A stretch of 64,000 bases of DNA. It comes from Pontiella sp. GTDB lineage: Bacteria; Verrucomicrobiota; Kiritimatiellia; Kiritimatiellales; Pontiellaceae. The translations under genes and the position numbers were made by a program. Of the stretch, positions 60,701 to 64,000 are shown in pieces (position 1 is the stretch's first letter; each line of letters opens with the position of its first letter). The DNA lies in assembly GCA_050290185.1 (NCBI GenBank), contig JBNKHE010000003.1, positions 128,001 to 192,000 of the forward strand, in the 5' to 3' direction. Under the pieces are notes generated by a model. That model had not been told where the DNA came from and did not search any database. It saw nothing but the letters and a program-made list of their open reading frames with translations.

Positions 60701-63004
60701 GGCACCGCCAGCCAGCCTGTGGAGATTGTATCGCGCACCGGCGCACCTTGGGGCAACCTGAGCTTTGTCAATGCCACCGGCCTTTCAACCCTGAACCATG
60801 TCACCATTCGTGATGCCACACCCAGCCGGCAGGATCCGCTGAACCTCAAGGCGGCAGTCTCCGGATACAACTCGGCAATCACGCTCGACCATGCCGACAT
60901 CGAAGCACTCCTTCCGGTATTTGCCCGCTATGGGTCGACGACCTTGACCGACTGCAGCATACATATTCTGTTCACCGGAGACGGGATCAACATCAAGTCC
61001 GGTGACGGCCTGGTGGAGAACAGCACCTTTACCGGGAACAATGCTCCGGATACCGACGCCATCGACTTCGACAACGTGGTCGGGGGGCAGATCCGAGGAA
61101 ATCGCATCTATGCCTTCAGTGGCTTCAACAGCGATGCCATCGACGTGGGCGAGGGGTGCCAGAGCCTGATGGTGGTCAGCAACCGGATCTTCAATGTCTC
61201 CGACAAGGGCATTTCGGTGGGCCAGGCATCCGTCGCCTTCATCGAGCGCAACCTGATTGTTGACTGCGATATGGGTGTGGGCATCAAGGATGCCGGCTCC
61301 ACGGCCTACATCGACCAGAATACCTTTGCCCGCAATAATATCGGGGTGGCTGCCTTCGAAAAGAATGCCGGGGCCGGCGGCGGGGCTGCCTATATCAGCA
61401 ACTGCATCTTTTCGCGGTCCAAGGACGAGCCGGTGTTTGTTGATTCACTTTCCACCCTGACGGCGGACTACTCGCTCTCCGACACCCTCGCACTGGCCGG
61501 AACCGGCAATCTGTTTGCGGATCCGCTTTTCACCGACGACGGCTCGTACGATTTCTCGCTGACGCCCGCTTCGCCGGCGATCGATGCCGGCGATCCCGCG
61601 CATGCCCTGGATGACGATAGTTCCCGTGCCGACATGGGGGCCTACTACACCTTCAATCCCGAGGATTATCCCTACTTCATTCCCAATCTGGTGGTGATCA
61701 ACGAAGTGCTGGCGCACTCGCACGATATTGCGCCGGACTGGATCGAACTGTACAACTCGAGTTCCAAGCCCATTGATCTGGGCGGTTGGTATCTCAGCGA
61801 CGATCCGGACACCCCCCTGAAATATCGTATCGCCGACGGCACCATGCTTCCGGCGAATGGCTATGCCCTTTTTTACGAGGATCTTAACTTCGGGGCCGGA
61901 AGCAGCGACCCCGGCGCACTTGTTCCCTTTGCCCTCAGCGAAAACGGCGATACGGTCAATGTGTTTGGACCGGGTAATGAATTGCGTCCCGACTACACCG
62001 AAAAGGAAACCTTCGGGGCATCACTTCGTGGAGTCACCCGGGGACGCTACTACAAGTCCAGCGCACGCACGTACAACTTCGTGTCCATGCAAGCGGCAAC
62101 GCCCGGAACAGCTAACAGCGATCCGCTGGTCGGCCCCGTGGTGATCAGCGAAATCATGTATCATCCGCCCGTGGGCGAAGCCGAATATATCGAGCTGGCC
62201 AATATCGATACGAATCCGGTTACGCTCTACGACTCCGATGTTGGCGAGGGATGGCGAATGACGAAGGGCATCGACCATGTGTTCCCTTCCGGCAGTCCGG
62301 TTGTGATGCAACCGGGCGAAAAGATCGTTCTCGTGCGCAATGCCACCGCGTTCGCGGCTGCATACAGTGTTCCATCGGGAACCCAGGTCATCCAATGGGA
62401 TGCCGGAGGTCTCGATAACGGAGGCGAAACACTGGAAATATCACTGCCCGGCGATACGAACGGGGTCGGTGTGCTGCAGTTTGTACGAATAGATCGCGTT
62501 GACTTTTCGGATAGTGATCCATGGCCCGTTGGCCCGGACGGCGGCGGTACGGCGCTCACCCGCATCGACGAGCGGGCCTACGGCAATGACTTTTCCAACT
62601 GGCGCGAATCGTCGGTCACCCCGGGGCAGACTGGCTTCCAGGCGTGGTTGGCAATGCAAAGCCTGCCCGTGGGTCAGGATGGTCCGAACGACGATCCCGA
62701 CGGAGACGGCATTAAGACCGCCATGGAGTATGCCTGCGGCACCGATCCGATGGTCTTCTCCACGATGGCCGGGGTGTATGCGATCTTCCCGACGCCTGCA
62801 ACCATTTCCTTCGTACTGCCGGCCGAGCGCGCTGATCTGGGCTATGCCATCCAGAAGGCGACCAGCCTTTCGGTGCCCGATTGGACCGACCTCGTGGGCA
62901 CGGTCTCGCCGAGCGGCGGGCAGACGGCGATCGACGCTGTTGACCCCGCTGTCGGGGATCATGCGTACTATCGGTTGAAGGTTATCCTTTATAACCAGTA
63001 TTGA
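57752..63004 (+). CDS. Large secreted CotH-kinase family protein with lamin-tail domains and a beta-helix (1750 aa)
   Basis: Signal peptide. Three LTD starts (VVNEFMA, VINEVLA, VISEIMY). IRYTLDGSVP FN3-associated domain. CotH motifs NLRNGG, LRD, INGDFWGIY and WQWIINDSD. DAIDFD/DKGISVG beta-helix. C-terminal DPDGDG...YYRL. Confidence 0.85.
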   Translation: MRLSIFSIVWLTVCSTVVAGPVVNEFMASNQSIYPDNCDFDDYSDWVELYNSDSTNVPLTDYYLTDDLTLPLKWRIPAGGVIPAHGYLMVRADGYDAGPGETHIRGYWDWNSTFTTVRYHSSFKLSAGGESLGIFHLINPAAENTLISAGSTWKYRDTGGNPGAGWMGLTFDDSAWSSGAAKLGYGDGDEATVVDFGPDQNNKYPTTHFRYHFNVTDPSLIADVRLNLMIDDGAIAYLNGIEIARIRVADGITYLDYSGGGYGPDNPSAFELIDYTSMPFRAGDNVLAVEVHQHDGSSSDMAFDAELIVLEVVSTDVVLVDAITNFPAQLTDVSYGRDPASTNGWSFFAEPTPEGTNSTEALSQFAEASAVTASRDSGFYSGAQSVTLSSAGAGETIRYTLDGSVPTSGSTVYSSALPVGSTTVLRARAFASGKIPGPMLTRSIFIDENSSLPVFSMVADPETLFGDTIGIYSNTQTYYNIGGQFGSGYYPLKGREIPIRLEMFEADETPAFSVNAGARIAGENIWSKAQKPFNIYMRSKYGDDLINYQMFPDQPVATFGEINLRNGGDDWEATLLRDAMMPSIFEGQADAGLYTYRPGILFINGDFWGIYNIRKRFDPTYFANEHQLSESEYDQLKYANDFPNNIYARLQADAGSTEAYESFLAFCTTNDTTDPVVYSQIEAQMNIDSFIDYVVGTDYAVNTSWQHNREFWRGNTPGSKWQWIINDSDRGFVTGNKTGSIIDNFIGNYSLFQRLDNNTNFINRLIQRYAAHVGSTFNPQRVSDKLDILTAEQDGEVARHQARWPGSMVSRTAQIADIKQFAAERPSYALSRLQLELGLSLSMADLSVNLSHVDGGRVLVAGVPMAPEYTSAVGMFLNTPFELTAEPAPGYAFDSWSTGSTNSTIEITMAGAQTITANFTPNAETIVPSTISSDTTLTSAGSPYSVTNDLVVEAGHVLTLGPGVRLNMSKGKSIVVYGSLNADGTASQPVEIVSRTGAPWGNLSFVNATGLSTLNHVTIRDATPSRQDPLNLKAAVSGYNSAITLDHADIEALLPVFARYGSTTLTDCSIHILFTGDGINIKSGDGLVENSTFTGNNAPDTDAIDFDNVVGGQIRGNRIYAFSGFNSDAIDVGEGCQSLMVVSNRIFNVSDKGISVGQASVAFIERNLIVDCDMGVGIKDAGSTAYIDQNTFARNNIGVAAFEKNAGAGGGAAYISNCIFSRSKDEPVFVDSLSTLTADYSLSDTLALAGTGNLFADPLFTDDGSYDFSLTPASPAIDAGDPAHALDDDSSRADMGAYYTFNPEDYPYFIPNLVVINEVLAHSHDIAPDWIELYNSSSKPIDLGGWYLSDDPDTPLKYRIADGTMLPANGYALFYEDLNFGAGSSDPGALVPFALSENGDTVNVFGPGNELRPDYTEKETFGASLRGVTRGRYYKSSARTYNFVSMQAATPGTANSDPLVGPVVISEIMYHPPVGEAEYIELANIDTNPVTLYDSDVGEGWRMTKGIDHVFPSGSPVVMQPGEKIVLVRNATAFAAAYSVPSGTQVIQWDAGGLDNGGETLEISLPGDTNGVGVLQFVRIDRVDFSDSDPWPVGPDGGGTALTRIDERAYGNDFSNWRESSVTPGQTGFQAWLAMQSLPVGQDGPNDDPDGDGIKTAMEYACGTDPMVFSTMAGVYAIFPTPATISFVLPAERADLGYAIQKATSLSVPDWTDLVGTVSPSGGQTAIDAVDPAVGDHAYYRLKVILYNQY

Positions 63005-63049
63005 AACTGACCGGGTCCGCGCAAATGTGTGAGGATCCGGTGGGTCTTA

Positions 63050-63535
63050 TCATGCGATTTCTTCGCCGGAGGCCAGACATAGGGCCAGCTCTACCGCTTC
63101 CTGGGCAGAATGGGCAACATGGATGCCCGGATCGGGTTGGCCGTTGCGATGAACCTCCCACGTGTTGAGCCCGACCACCGGAATGCCAAGCCGCAGTGCG
63201 AATGCAATTTCCGAGAGCGTGCCGTAGGCTCCGTGAACGGCAATGACGGCGTCGCAGGAGTTGACCAGCATGGCATTACGAACCGGTCCAAGGCCGGTGG
63301 GAATCGCAATGTCAATGAATCCGTTGGCGGCGCTCCGGTCTCCGCCGGGAAGGATGCCGACCGTTTGGCCGCCGGCAGATTTGGCTCCCTCGGCCACTGC
63401 GCGCATCATTCCGCCCAGTCCGCCGCAAAAAAGAGTGGCGCCTGCTTCGGCGATGCAGCGTCCGACTTCAACACCGAGCCCATATTCTGAGTCGGTGGTG
63501 GTATTCGGTCCCAGCACTCCAATATTCGCTTTCAT
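63050..63535 (-). CDS. TIGR00725-family (LOG/DprA-like Rossmann fold) protein
   Basis: CGGLGGMM, TVGILPG, TGLGPVRN and YGTLSEIAFA. Confidence 0.85.
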   Translation of the reverse strand: MKANIGVLGPNTTTDSEYGLGVEVGRCIAEAGATLFCGGLGGMMRAVAEGAKSAGGQTVGILPGGDRSAANGFIDIAIPTGLGPVRNAMLVNSCDAVIAVHGAYGTLSEIAFALRLGIPVVGLNTWEVHRNGQPDPGIHVAHSAQEAVELALCLASGEEIA

Positions 63536-63651
63536 GTCAGGAGTTTAGTGTCTCTGGTCTCGGGTTTCAAGTTCCAGCCTCTGCGCGGTGCAGGTGCTCT
63601 CCGATTATCCGCTTTGACGTTTGTGGAGGAATGGCATACGGTTTTACAACC

Positions 63652-64000
63652 ATGATGAAGGCTTCATATTTCAAACTCCTGATGCTGGGCTGCGCGTTGG
63701 CCTGTGCCGGCTGTGCAACGATGGAGCATCGTAATGGCGGTGTCGCCTATGAAGTCGATATAGACGGAGCCGGCTGGTCGCTTGGGCGGGTGATCCGGGA
63801 ATCGACATCCACATGCAAGTTCGTCGAACGTTCGCCTTCCACGGTGGGTCAACTGCGCCATCGCATGGCAAAGGACCAAAAGGCGATTGAATCGATTCTG
63901 AAGTCGAATGGCTACTATGACGGCACCGTAAACTTATATCTGGACACAACACGTCAACCGGCAAGGGTGGACATCAAGGTCTGGCGGGGAAAGCCGTATC
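63652..64000 (+). CDS. Probable TamA/Omp85-family lipoprotein, N-terminal POTRA region (3'-truncated; not in the ORF track)
   Basis: Frame is open to the window end: MMKASYFKLLMLGCALACAGC (lipobox)...YEVDIDG...LRHRMAKD...LKSNGYYDGTV...GKPY. Confidence 0.65.
   Translation, partial: MMKASYFKLLMLGCALACAGCATMEHRNGGVAYEVDIDGAGWSLGRVIRESTSTCKFVERSPSTVGQLRHRMAKDQKAIESILKSNGYYDGTVNLYLDTTRQPARVDIKVWRGKPY

Overview
Bacterial chromosomal window, moderately GC-rich, standard genetic code. The gene repertoire (RNase HIII, ~700-aa GreA, SHD1 and lamin-tail/CotH proteins, TonB-like paralogs) suggests a PVC-superphylum organism, probably Kiritimatiellota (Pontiella-like); this taxonomy is an inference. Positions 1-45.3 kb are mostly housekeeping genes (nadB, prfA, rpmE, rnhC, nadD, rsfS, cysS, tmk, holB, aroQ, hom, lysC, tRNA-Leu, greA, hemF, prc, pgi) mixed with envelope modules: TPR-ExbBD-TonB-like, beta-barrel-Wzc-Wza, and LolC/E-repeat protein-MlaEFD. 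A frameshifted MscS pseudogene lies at ~40.7-41.1 kb. Positions 45.6-63.0 kb hold two candidate trans-envelope systems arranged tail to tail. The first is a five-gene cluster: membrane-anchored ferredoxin/NAD(P)H flavoprotein, di-haem-b-like membrane protein, 20-haem cytochrome, ~25-haem lipoprotein cytochrome and an outer-membrane beta-barrel. It is a possible NADPH-to-surface electron conduit. The second is a VTC polyphosphate polymerase-DUF4956-HlyD-TolC operon with no ABC/RND pump, divergent from a 1750-aa secreted CotH-kinase protein. It is a possible polyphosphate synthesis/export system. No CRISPR array, rRNA, integrase or transposase was seen. Family calls come from motif recognition by eye; no database search was run.
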